Shown: positions 28,959 through 36,405 of the stretch, piece by piece | How the letters are laid out: each line of letters starts with the position of its first letter | How positions within the stretch are numbered: position 1 is the first letter of the stretch | Assembly: GCA_903959815.1 (NCBI GenBank) | Contig: CAJBYM010000022.1 | Location: 1 to 56,043, forward strand | Reading direction: 5' to 3' | Length of the DNA: 56,043 nucleotides | From: Candidatus Omnitrophota bacterium | GTDB lineage: Bacteria; Omnitrophota; Gorgyraeia; Zapsychrales; Fredricksoniimonadaceae | Notes under the pieces: generated by a model | Told to the model about the DNA's origin: nothing | Database searches by the model: none | Seen by the model: the letters and a program-made list of their open reading frames with translations, nothing else | Position numbers and translations under genes: made by a program

Positions 28959-30787
28959 TTCTTGCGACCATCATAGTTGTAAATATCAGGTGCCAGCTTT
29001 GTCAATTCGCTGACCATGAATTCCTCAACCTCCTGCCCGGTGCTTAACCTCAAAGCCTGACGGGCCAGTTCCTGCGCATCAGAAAAACGGATGCTGCGCA
29101 CAGCACGCTTGATCGCTGGGATACTGGCCGGAGACATACTGAAAGAATCAAGCCCGAGCCCTAAAAGAACAACGGCCAAAGTCGGATCACTGGCCATCTC
29201 ACCGCACAAACTGACCTTGATATTAGCATCATGCGCCGCACTGATCGTCCGGCGGATAAGCCGAAGCACCGCCGGATGGCCTGGTTCATAGAATTGCGCC
29301 ATCTTTTCATTGGTGCGATCAACCGCCAATGTGTACTGAATAAGATCATTGGTGCCGATACTAAAAAAATTGCATTCTTTGGCTAAAAGGTCCGCCGTCA
29401 TAGCCGCCGCCGGCACTTCGATCATGACGCCCACCGGCATATTCTCATTAAACGGTACAGATTTCTCACGCAGCCGCTGCTTGACCGCCTTAAGGATCAC
29501 GTTGGCCGCGCGAAGTTCACCAGGGCCTGCGATCATCGGATACATCATGGCCACATTACCATGAGCAGAAGCCCTCACAATAGCCCTAAGCTGCGTTCGG
29601 AAAATCTCCTGCTCTTCCAAACATAAACGGATCGCACGCGACCCCAGGAACGGCGTCATTTCTTTCGGAAGTTGAATGCTCGAAAGAAATTTATCGCCAC
29701 CCAAGTCAAGCGTACGAATGATCACCGGATTCGGCGCCATTTCCTCTGCGATCCTCTTATACGTCCGGTACTGTTCTTCCTCTGTCGGAAGGTCCAGTCG
29801 GTTCATATAAAAGAATTCTGTACGATAAAGACCAATGCCTTCGGCCCTGTATTTCTTGACCGCAGGAATCTCGCCATCCATTTCAAAATTCGCCATCAGG
29901 ACAATCCGCCGACCATCCTGAGTTTCTGAAGGCGAATCCTGCAAATTCTCCAGAGACCCTTCATAGGCGACGATCTTGTCCCTCTCCTGACGATAAAGTT
30001 CGACCGTATCCTCCGAAGGATTAACAATGACCACACCTTTTCGGCCATCGATAATGATCGCGTCCTGATTGTCGATGCGCAGCGTGGCATCCTTCAAACC
30101 CAAGACAGCCGGAACGCCCAAAGATTTCGCAATGATCGCTGTATGCGCTGTGCGGCCTCCCACATCGGTCACAAAACCCAAAATTTTCTTGTTGTACATG
30201 GTGACCGCATCTGACGGAGAAATGTCATGCGCCACAATGATGATCTCACCTGTAAGCTGATCAAAATCATGGGTCCTGCTCTCGCCCATCAAATGCTTCA
30301 AAACCCTGCGCCCAACATCCTCAACATCCGCAGATCGCTCTTTAATATAATCGTCCTGGATCCTGGCAAAAACTTCAACGTAACGCTTAAGGACGCGTGA
30401 AAATACACATTCGGCACTATATTTTTCTGCTTTAATATGTTTCTTAACCTCATCGATGAGCATGCAATCTTCCAAAACCAGAAGATGCGCGTCAAAGATC
30501 TGGGCATCCATGCTCCCGACCTGAGCGGAAATCTTTTCCTTGATAAGCTGGATCTCTTCTTTTGTATGAGCAACCGCTTCTTCAAAACGCGCGATCTCAA
30601 CCGGGATCTCATCATCAAAAATAAGACGTTCAGGGACAATAAAGTCCTGCTGATCCATTAAAAAAGCAGAGCCGATGGCAATGCCCGGCGCCGCAGGAAT
30701 ACCCTTAATGACGATCTCTGGTCTATTCTTCTTTTGCAAGGTATGCCTCCAGTTCGGCAAACATCTGTTCACCATCTTCACCATCAA
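28955..30787 (-). CDS. ptsI: Phosphoenolpyruvate-protein phosphotransferase (PTS enzyme I)
   Basis: GIPAAPGIAIGSAF, active-site region GGRTAHTAIIAKSLGVPAV, GTNDLIQYTLAVDR, CGEMASDP. The start is uncertain; candidate ATGs at 30784 and 30775 overlap the ptsH 3' end. Confidence 0.85.
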   Translation of the reverse strand: MMVKMVNRCLPNWRHTLQKKNRPEIVIKGIPAAPGIAIGSAFLMDQQDFIVPERLIFDDEIPVEIARFEEAVAHTKEEIQLIKEKISAQVGSMDAQIFDAHLLVLEDCMLIDEVKKHIKAEKYSAECVFSRVLKRYVEVFARIQDDYIKERSADVEDVGRRVLKHLMGESRTHDFDQLTGEIIIVAHDISPSDAVTMYNKKILGFVTDVGGRTAHTAIIAKSLGVPAVLGLKDATLRIDNQDAIIIDGRKGVVIVNPSEDTVELYRQERDKIVAYEGSLENLQDSPSETQDGRRIVLMANFEMDGEIPAVKKYRAEGIGLYRTEFFYMNRLDLPTEEEQYRTYKRIAEEMAPNPVIIRTLDLGGDKFLSSIQLPKEMTPFLGSRAIRLCLEEQEIFRTQLRAIVRASAHGNVAMMYPMIAGPGELRAANVILKAVKQRLREKSVPFNENMPVGVMIEVPAAAMTADLLAKECNFFSIGTNDLIQYTLAVDRTNEKMAQFYEPGHPAVLRLIRRTISAAHDANIKVSLCGEMASDPTLAVVLLGLGLDSFSMSPASIPAIKRAVRSIRFSDAQELARQALRLSTGQEVEEFMVSELTKLAPDIYNYDGRKK

Positions 30788-30986
30788 CCATCATCAGGAC
30801 CTCACTACCATGATCCGCCCCCAGCATAAGCATCCCCATGATAGATTTGCCATTAACCTCTTCACCCGCTTTTCGCACGGTCACGGATGACTGGTATTTA
30901 TTGGCGATCTGAACAAACATGGCCGCAGGACGAGCATGAAGCCCCTGTTTGCATTTGATAATGACATTTCTTTGAATCTTAGGCAT
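30723..30986 (-). CDS. ptsH: Phosphocarrier protein HPr
   Basis: MPKIQRNVIIKCKQGLHARPAAMF (His-15 site) and GKSIMGMLMLG (Ser-46 site). I prefer the ATG at 30986 over the track start at 31043. Confidence 0.8.
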   Translation of the reverse strand: MPKIQRNVIIKCKQGLHARPAAMFVQIANKYQSSVTVRKAGEEVNGKSIMGMLMLGADHGSEVLMMVDGEDGEQMFAELEAYLAKEE

Positions 30987-31005
30987 AAAAACTCGTATTC
31001 TAAAA

Positions 31006-32286
31006 CTACCTTTTAATAACTCTGTTACGCTCGATCGCAGCAATGAGCACTTGGGTTAATTTATGCGAATCATGCCGCACATAATCTTTAATACTAACAA
31101 TATCCTCAGCAAAAACCTTATACCCCATCGACCGGATCTCATCACTGTCTGCTTTGACAGGGATCGAATTCTCTTGACGATAACGTTCCAGCGTTGCTTT
31201 ATCTTGGATCTCGCTCGAATTAACCACCACGCCATCGATGATATTGCGATTCGTATGATTAATGAGCGCCTTCACATGCTCGCTGGCAGTGTACGTTTCG
31301 GTTTCGCCTTCCTGGGTCATCACATTGCACACATAGATCTTAAACGCCGACGAGGATTCCATCGCCTGAGGGATCCCTTGAATAACCAGATTGGGCAAAA
31401 CACTGGTGTAAAGGCTCCCCGGCCCAAGGATAATAACATCCGCTTCACGGATAGCATCAATAGCCTCTTCCGTGGGGGGCGCGTCCGGCGGATTCAAAAA
31501 AACCCTGTCAATCGGCACGCCCTTGCGCGGGATCCTGGCCTCCCCCTCCGTGATCTTACCATCACGGTAACGCGCGACCAAATGAACATTGGCAACTGTG
31601 GACGGAACAACCTTGCCCCTGATCGCCAAAACCTTGCTCGCCAGTTCAACCGCCTGACGAAAATCGCTGTGACCTACCACATAAAGAGCCGTTAGAAAAA
31701 GATTCCCGAAATTGTGCCCCTTGAGTTCAGACTTCTCCGGAAACCGATACTGAAAAAGATCACCCATGATCCCCGGCGCATCGGCCAGTGCGACAAGGCA
31801 ATTGCGAATATCCCCCGGGGCAACAATGTCGAACTGTTCACGTAACCGCCCCGATGATCCACCACTATCAGCAACGGTAACGATCGCCGTAATGTTCGAC
31901 GTGTACTCTTTAAGTGCTAAAAGAAGATTAGAAAGACCATGCCCCCCGCCAATGGCGACGATCTTAGGGCCGCGTTCCAAAAAACGTTTTTGATAAAGGA
32001 TGTTAACAAGATCTTGTTCGCGCTTCGGCAGGAATATCGTGATCAAGGAAATCGTTAACTTGCCAATACCAAGGACCGTTAAGAGTATCCCGCACAAAAC
32101 AATGACAACACCGAAGGTGCTAACAAAAGGATGAGGATAGGCAGAAAAATAAGCGCCTAAGGCAACAATGCAGACCCCGAACAACGATGTCGACACCCAC
32201 CGTTTGACCTGCATACCCGGATACAGCCATTTGAGAAGATTTTTGGACATTATTCTTCTGCCCGAAATGTGAGGCTCCACGACCAT
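31006..32286 (-). CDS. yvcK: YvcK-like gluconeogenesis factor (UPF0052/CofD-like) with N-terminal TM helices
   Basis: IVAIGGGHGLSNLLLALK, ITAIVTVADSGGSSGRLR, GNLFL, ILGPGSLYTSVLPNL. An alternative ATG lies at 32250. Confidence 0.8.
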   Translation of the reverse strand: MVVEPHISGRRIMSKNLLKWLYPGMQVKRWVSTSLFGVCIVALGAYFSAYPHPFVSTFGVVIVLCGILLTVLGIGKLTISLITIFLPKREQDLVNILYQKRFLERGPKIVAIGGGHGLSNLLLALKEYTSNITAIVTVADSGGSSGRLREQFDIVAPGDIRNCLVALADAPGIMGDLFQYRFPEKSELKGHNFGNLFLTALYVVGHSDFRQAVELASKVLAIRGKVVPSTVANVHLVARYRDGKITEGEARIPRKGVPIDRVFLNPPDAPPTEEAIDAIREADVIILGPGSLYTSVLPNLVIQGIPQAMESSSAFKIYVCNVMTQEGETETYTASEHVKALINHTNRNIIDGVVVNSSEIQDKATLERYRQENSIPVKADSDEIRSMGYKVFAEDIVSIKDYVRHDSHKLTQVLIAAIERNRVIKR

Positions 32287-32331
32287 GGAGCGAAACCCCG
32301 CTCCTTCATAGCTGCGGGATCAAATTCAAGA

Positions 32332-32802
32332 TCAATTCAGCTGTGCATCTTCGCGCGCAACGAGCTCAAGGATCTCTTTAGCATCCTTAACCGCCTTAAG
32401 GCTTTCACGAAAATACTTATCCTTAAGAAGCCTGGACACGCGGGCCAACGCCTTAAGATGCGGACCGGCAGAATCCATCGGAGCCGCAAGAAGAAAGAAA
32501 ATATAAGCTGGCTCTCCATCAAGAGCATCAAAGTCGATACCCTTCCTGCTAATGGCAAGGCCAGAAACGAGCTTGTCCACACAATCGGTCTTACCATGCG
32601 GAATAGCAATGCCCTGACCGATGGCGGTCGAGCCAAGAGCTTCACGGGCCATAAGGACATCGATGATCTTCGCCTTGTGCTTCTTTTCAAAAGCACCTGC
32701 CTCGACCATCATAGTGACCATTTCTTCAATGAGTTCTTTTTTTGTTGTCGCTTTAAGATCTGCTGTAACTGCGTCGGGACAAAGGAAGTCAAGGATCTTC
32801 AT
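32332..32802 (-). CDS. ptsN: PTS EIIA (nitrogen-regulatory/fructose type, PtsN-like)
   Basis: MKILDFLCPDAV..., STAIGQGIAIPHGKTD (phospho-His), YIFFLLAAP. I use the ATG at 32802 because the track's longer ORF runs into tRNA-Gly. Confidence 0.75.
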   Translation of the reverse strand: MKILDFLCPDAVTADLKATTKKELIEEMVTMMVEAGAFEKKHKAKIIDVLMAREALGSTAIGQGIAIPHGKTDCVDKLVSGLAISRKGIDFDALDGEPAYIFFLLAAPMDSAGPHLKALARVSRLLKDKYFRESLKAVKDAKEILELVAREDAQLN

Positions 32803-32840
32803 AAAAGGCAATGCTCCTGTGGTTGTAACCAATAAAAATT

Positions 32841-32917
32841 TGGAGCGGCGGAAGGGATTCGAACCCTCGACATCCACCTTGGCAAGGTGGCATTCTAGCC
32901 AACTGAATTACCGCCGC
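32841..32917 (-). tRNA. tRNA-Gly (anticodon GCC), CCA encoded
   Basis: Reverse complement reads GCGGCGG-TA-ATTC-AGTTGGCTA-GAAT-G-CCACC-TTGCCAA-GGTGG-ATGTC-GAGGG-TTCGAAT-CCCTT-CCGCCGC-T-CCA. Confidence 0.9.
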
Positions 32918-32957
32918 ATAAAAGCTAAAAGATCAAAATCATCAAAGAATGTGCATT

Positions 32958-32985
32958 ATTTTAACATCACAACTACTTTAGTCAA
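32958..32985 (-). promoter_or_regulatory. Sigma-70-type promoter upstream of tRNA-Gly/ptsN
   Basis: On the minus strand: TTGACT (32985-32980), a 16-nt spacer, then TAAAAT (32963-32958), about 45 nt upstream of tRNA-Gly. Confidence 0.5.
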
Positions 32986-33017
32986 CAGCACAAGTTGCAA
33001 AAGATTTTTTACAATAA

Positions 33018-33099
33018 TGGGCGGAAGAGGACTTGAACCTCCATCCCTTGCGGGACCAGATCCTAAGTCTGGCGCGTCTCCCAGTTCCGCCATCCGCCC
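33018..33099 (-). tRNA. tRNA-Leu (anticodon UAG), class II
   Basis: Reverse complement reads GGGCGGA-TGGCGGAACTGGGAGACGCG-CCAGA-CTTAGGA-TCTGG-TCCCGCAAGGGATG-GAGGTTCAAGTCCTC-TTCCGCCC-A. Confidence 0.9.
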
Positions 33100-33275
33100 T
33101 GATCGACCAAAGATTTTTGGGCGATCACTCCGAAGCTATTGCCGGCGCTCAACAAGCGCCCAGGGCTTCGGAGTTCCTCAAAAGATGTCTTGATCACTTA
33201 TCCGTCAGTGCCCGTGCTGAGCGCCCCAGGACATCGGGACCAAATCCAAGAAAACTAATCCTGAATTCTCTGGTT

Positions 33276-33320
33276 GTGACACTTGAACTGACGGAGCAGT
33301 TCAAGTGTCACTATTTTTTT
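33276..33320 (+). terminator. Strong intrinsic-terminator-type hairpin oriented on the plus strand
   Basis: Perfect 15-bp stem GTGACACTTGAACTG (33276-33290) / CAGTTCAAGTGTCAC (33297-33311) with a 6-nt loop, followed by TATTTTTTT. No plus-strand gene is annotated upstream. Confidence 0.6.
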
Positions 33321-33368
33321 CCTAAAAGCAGCAAACATTCACCCTCTTACGGGCAGAATGTTTGCTGC
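33321..33368 (-). terminator. Hairpin/terminator downstream of tRNA-Lys
   Basis: 13-bp stem GCAGCAAACATTC (33328-33340) / GAATGTTTGCTGC (33356-33368). On the minus strand it is followed by TTTTAGG. Confidence 0.5.
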
Positions 33369-33384
33369 ACTATAGAAAAAATAG

Positions 33385-33457
33385 TGACCCACCCGCGACT
33401 CGAACGCGGCACACCAGCCTTAAAAGGGCTGTGCTCTACCGGATGAGCTAGTGGGTC
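33385..33457 (-). tRNA. tRNA-Lys (anticodon UUU)
   Basis: Reverse complement reads GACCCAC-TA-GCTC-ATCCGGTA-GAGC-A-CAGCC-CTTTTAA-GGCTG-GTGTG-CCGCG-TTCGAGT-CGCGG-GTGGGTC-A. Confidence 0.9.
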
Positions 33458-33478
33458 AAAATCTATAAAAGAACAGAA

Positions 33479-34039
33479 TCAAATATTCAAAAGCTCTTTA
33501 TTCTTCTTTTCAAGGACGCCGTCGACTTCCTTAATATACTTATCCGTCAACTTCTGGATCTCTTCCTGACCCTTAAAATCATCGTCCTCGGAAATAACAT
33601 TATCTTTTTTCAATTTAGCGATCTTCTCATTCGCTTCACGACGGATACTACGCAAAGACACGCGACCCTTCTCCGCCATATCCTTGACCACTTTCGCCAT
33701 TTCCTTACGGCGCTCTTCCGAAAGCATCGGGACAACAAGCCGGATGATCTTGCCATCATTATTCGGCGTAAGTCCGATTTTGGAATTCAAAATAGCTTTT
33801 TCGATCTCAACCAAAGCACCCGGGTCCCATGGCTGAATCACCAAACAACTCGCATCAGGAGAAGAAACAGCTGCCATCTGTTTGATCGGCGTCGGGGTAC
33901 CATAATAATCGGCATAAAGCTCTTCAACAAGAGAAGGATGCGCGCGCCCGGTACGGACCTCAGCGAACTCGCGTAAAACAGCCTCAATGGCTTTTTTCAT
34001 TCTTCCATCAGTTTCATGAATAGCATCTTTAACAGTCAT
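33479..34039 (-). CDS. frr: Ribosome recycling factor
   Basis: 186 aa. RTGRAHPSLVEELYADYYGTPTPIKQMA and other canonical Frr strings, in the pyrH-frr gene order. Confidence 0.9.
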   Translation of the reverse strand: MTVKDAIHETDGRMKKAIEAVLREFAEVRTGRAHPSLVEELYADYYGTPTPIKQMAAVSSPDASCLVIQPWDPGALVEIEKAILNSKIGLTPNNDGKIIRLVVPMLSEERRKEMAKVVKDMAEKGRVSLRSIRREANEKIAKLKKDNVISEDDDFKGQEEIQKLTDKYIKEVDGVLEKKNKELLNI

Positions 34040-34063
34040 ATGATCCCCCCTGTTTAAGAATCC

Positions 34064-34792
34064 TTACTCGGTCACTAAAGTTCCAATGTTCTCACCCAAG
34101 ACGGCTTTCTTAATATTGCCTTCTTGCATCAAATTGAACACGTGGATCGGCAAACTATTGTCCATACACATGCTGATCGCGGTCGAATCCATCACCTTAA
34201 GGTTCTCGCGCAACACATCCATGAACGTAATGCGATCATACTTCTTCGCATGCTTATCTTTCATCGGATCTGCGGAATAGATGCCGTCAACCTTGGTCGC
34301 TTTCATAATGACCTCAGCCTTGATCTCACTGGCACGCAACGCCGCCGCTGTATCTGTTGTAAAGAACGGATTGCCTGTGCCTGCCACAAAAATGACCGCA
34401 CGTCCTTTTTCCAAGTGACGAAGAGCCCGACGGACAATATACGGTTCGGCGATCGCATGCATCTCGATCGCAGTCATAACACGCGTTGCAACCCCCAAAT
34501 GCTCCAGCGCATTTTGAAGCGCAAGACCATTAAGAACGGTCGCCAACATGCCCATATAATCTGCCACAGAACGATCAAGATCGAACCGTTTGGATTCAAA
34601 CTGTCCGCGAAAAATATTCCCTGCACCGACAACCATCGCGACCTGGACGCCCATATCATGGACTTCCTTGATCTGTGCTGCAAAACCGGCGCAAACATCC
34701 GCATCAATGCCATGGCCCTGTTTGCCCTGCAGTGCTTCACCGCTGAGCTTAAGAAGTATCCTTTTATAAACAGGCTTTCTTCCGGGCATCAT
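34064..34792 (-). CDS. pyrH: UMP kinase
   Basis: [57 protein letters not shown]. Confidence 0.9.
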   Translation of the reverse strand: MMPGRKPVYKRILLKLSGEALQGKQGHGIDADVCAGFAAQIKEVHDMGVQVAMVVGAGNIFRGQFESKRFDLDRSVADYMGMLATVLNGLALQNALEHLGVATRVMTAIEMHAIAEPYIVRRALRHLEKGRAVIFVAGTGNPFFTTDTAAALRASEIKAEVIMKATKVDGIYSADPMKDKHAKKYDRITFMDVLRENLKVMDSTAISMCMDNSLPIHVFNLMQEGNIKKAVLGENIGTLVTE

Positions 34793-34810
34793 GACCCCCT
34801 ATGTTAACAC

Positions 34811-35317
34811 TTATTCGCCGATCTTGTAACGCACAAAACGGCCGATCACAATATTCTCACCGATCTTGGCCACAAGTTCATTCAAAAGATCCTGGATCGA
34901 CTTGGATGTATCCTTAACAAACGGCTGTTCCAAAAGGCAAATGGCCTTGATATCAGCTCCGCCGGCAACAATATCAGCCGGAACATCCTCTTTCTTTAAA
35001 TATACAGGCGCCATGGCCGCAATATGCATCGCCAGGTCCTTGGAAAACTGCATGAAAGATTCATTGCGCGCGACGAAATCCGTCTCACAATTAACTTCAA
35101 CAATAACCCCGATCTTATTGCCATTATGCACATACCCCTCGATGCGGCCTTCATTGGCCACACGCGATGCTTTCTTAAGCGCCATCTGAAGCCCCTTCTC
35201 ACGAAGAAGCTCTTTGGCTTTCTTAAGATCGCCGCCCGCCTGCTCCAGGGCTTTCTTGCAATCAACGATCCCGCAATTGGTCAACTCACGTAATTCTTTA
35301 ATAGCATCCAGCGACAT
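34811..35317 (-). CDS. tsf: Elongation factor Ts (unusually short, 168 aa)
   Basis: N-terminal UBA-like IKELRELTNCGIVDCKKALEQAGGDLKKAKELLREKG, core VEVNCETDFVARNESF, and C-terminal LLEQPFVKD...IVIGRFVRYKIGE. Confidence 0.85.
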   Translation of the reverse strand: MSLDAIKELRELTNCGIVDCKKALEQAGGDLKKAKELLREKGLQMALKKASRVANEGRIEGYVHNGNKIGVIVEVNCETDFVARNESFMQFSKDLAMHIAAMAPVYLKKEDVPADIVAGGADIKAICLLEQPFVKDTSKSIQDLLNELVAKIGENIVIGRFVRYKIGE

Positions 35318-35323
35318 GATAAA

Positions 35324-36205
35324 TTACTCCTTTTCAACGGCCTTCTTAATGATCTTCTTCTTACCCGTTTCCTTAACGCCAACGGTTTCATCGAGTTCGA
35401 CCATACCTTCCGCAAGACTTTCCACAATAACCTGCGGAATAACACCCTCAACCACAGCAACCGGAATAGCCGCTGCTGCTTCAGCCGAAATTTCAGCAAC
35501 AGGCGTAGCCTGCTCTCCTGAAAATTCTTTCTTACCTTCAATGATGCTATCTGTCAAAAGACCGGCAATAAGACGAACGGATTTAACCGCGTCATCATTA
35601 GCAGGGATAGGACGATCAATAGGATCAGGATCAGAGTTCGTATCGATCATAGCGATGACCGGGATATTCAAGCGCTTGCATTCCTTGATCGCAATATCTT
35701 CCTTCTTCACGTCAACAACAAAAACAGCGTCAGGCAAACGGACCATATCGCGGATACCGCCCAGGTCGCTCATCAAACGCTCTCTTTCCTTATTAAGCAG
35801 CGCGATCTCTTTCTTGGTCAAACGAGCAAAAATGCCGTCCTTTTCCATGCGCTCGATCTCCTGGAGCTTACGGATCGATTTTTTGACCGTTTCAAAATTA
35901 GTCAAAAGACCGCCCATCCAGCGGGCATTCACAAAAAACATGCCGGAACGCGCAGCTTCCTGCTGAACCACTTCCTGGGCCTGCTTCTTGGTTCCCACAA
36001 AAAGAAAACGCCCGCCTTTCGCCGCAATGTTACGCGCGAAATCACGGGCCTCTGCCAGACACTCTGCTGTCTTCTCAAGGTCAATAACATAAATACCACT
36101 GCGTTCACCAAAGATATACTTCTTCATCTTCGGGTTCCAGCGGCGGGTTTGGTGGCCAAAATGCACACCAGCCTCTAGAAGCTGCTTGACTAACTCTAAA
36201 CTCAT
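35324..36205 (-). CDS. rpsB: 30S ribosomal protein S2 (with acidic/hydrophobic C-terminal extension)
   Basis: [57 protein letters not shown] at 36205 with an AGAGGAGAA SD. Confidence 0.9.
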   Translation of the reverse strand: MSLELVKQLLEAGVHFGHQTRRWNPKMKKYIFGERSGIYVIDLEKTAECLAEARDFARNIAAKGGRFLFVGTKKQAQEVVQQEAARSGMFFVNARWMGGLLTNFETVKKSIRKLQEIERMEKDGIFARLTKKEIALLNKERERLMSDLGGIRDMVRLPDAVFVVDVKKEDIAIKECKRLNIPVIAMIDTNSDPDPIDRPIPANDDAVKSVRLIAGLLTDSIIEGKKEFSGEQATPVAEISAEAAAAIPVAVVEGVIPQVIVESLAEGMVELDETVGVKETGKKKIIKKAVEKE

Positions 36206-36351
36206 ACGTTCTCCTCTGATTACTGTCCCGCCGTGTATGTGCAGAAGTGAAGGCGGTGACGATTTTCCCCGGGTTTGCCCCGGTTGAAGCTTGCGGCGTT
36301 TTCACTTCTTTCCACAGCCGCAGACCCCGTTAATAAAATTTAAGTTGGGTT

Positions 36352-36380
36352 AGTATACCGAAGGGTTGAAAATATTGCAA
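36352..36380 (-). promoter_or_regulatory. Sigma-70-type promoter of rpsB-tsf-pyrH-frr, followed by a structured ~140-nt leader
   Basis: On the minus strand: TTGCAA (36380-36375), a 17-nt spacer, then TATACT (36357-36352). The leader contains the nested stems GAAGTGAA...TTCACTTC and CCGGG-GCAAA-CCCGG. S2-mediated leader autoregulation is known in E. coli; homology here is untested. Confidence 0.5.
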
Positions 36381-36405
36381 CTATTTTTCATCAATATAAA
36401 CGTTT

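Noticed and set aside
32621-33446. Plus-strand ORFs of 190 aa and 137 aa
   Set aside because: They run antisense through ptsN and across tRNA-Gly, tRNA-Leu and tRNA-Lys. Their composition is arbitrary and they lack an RBS.
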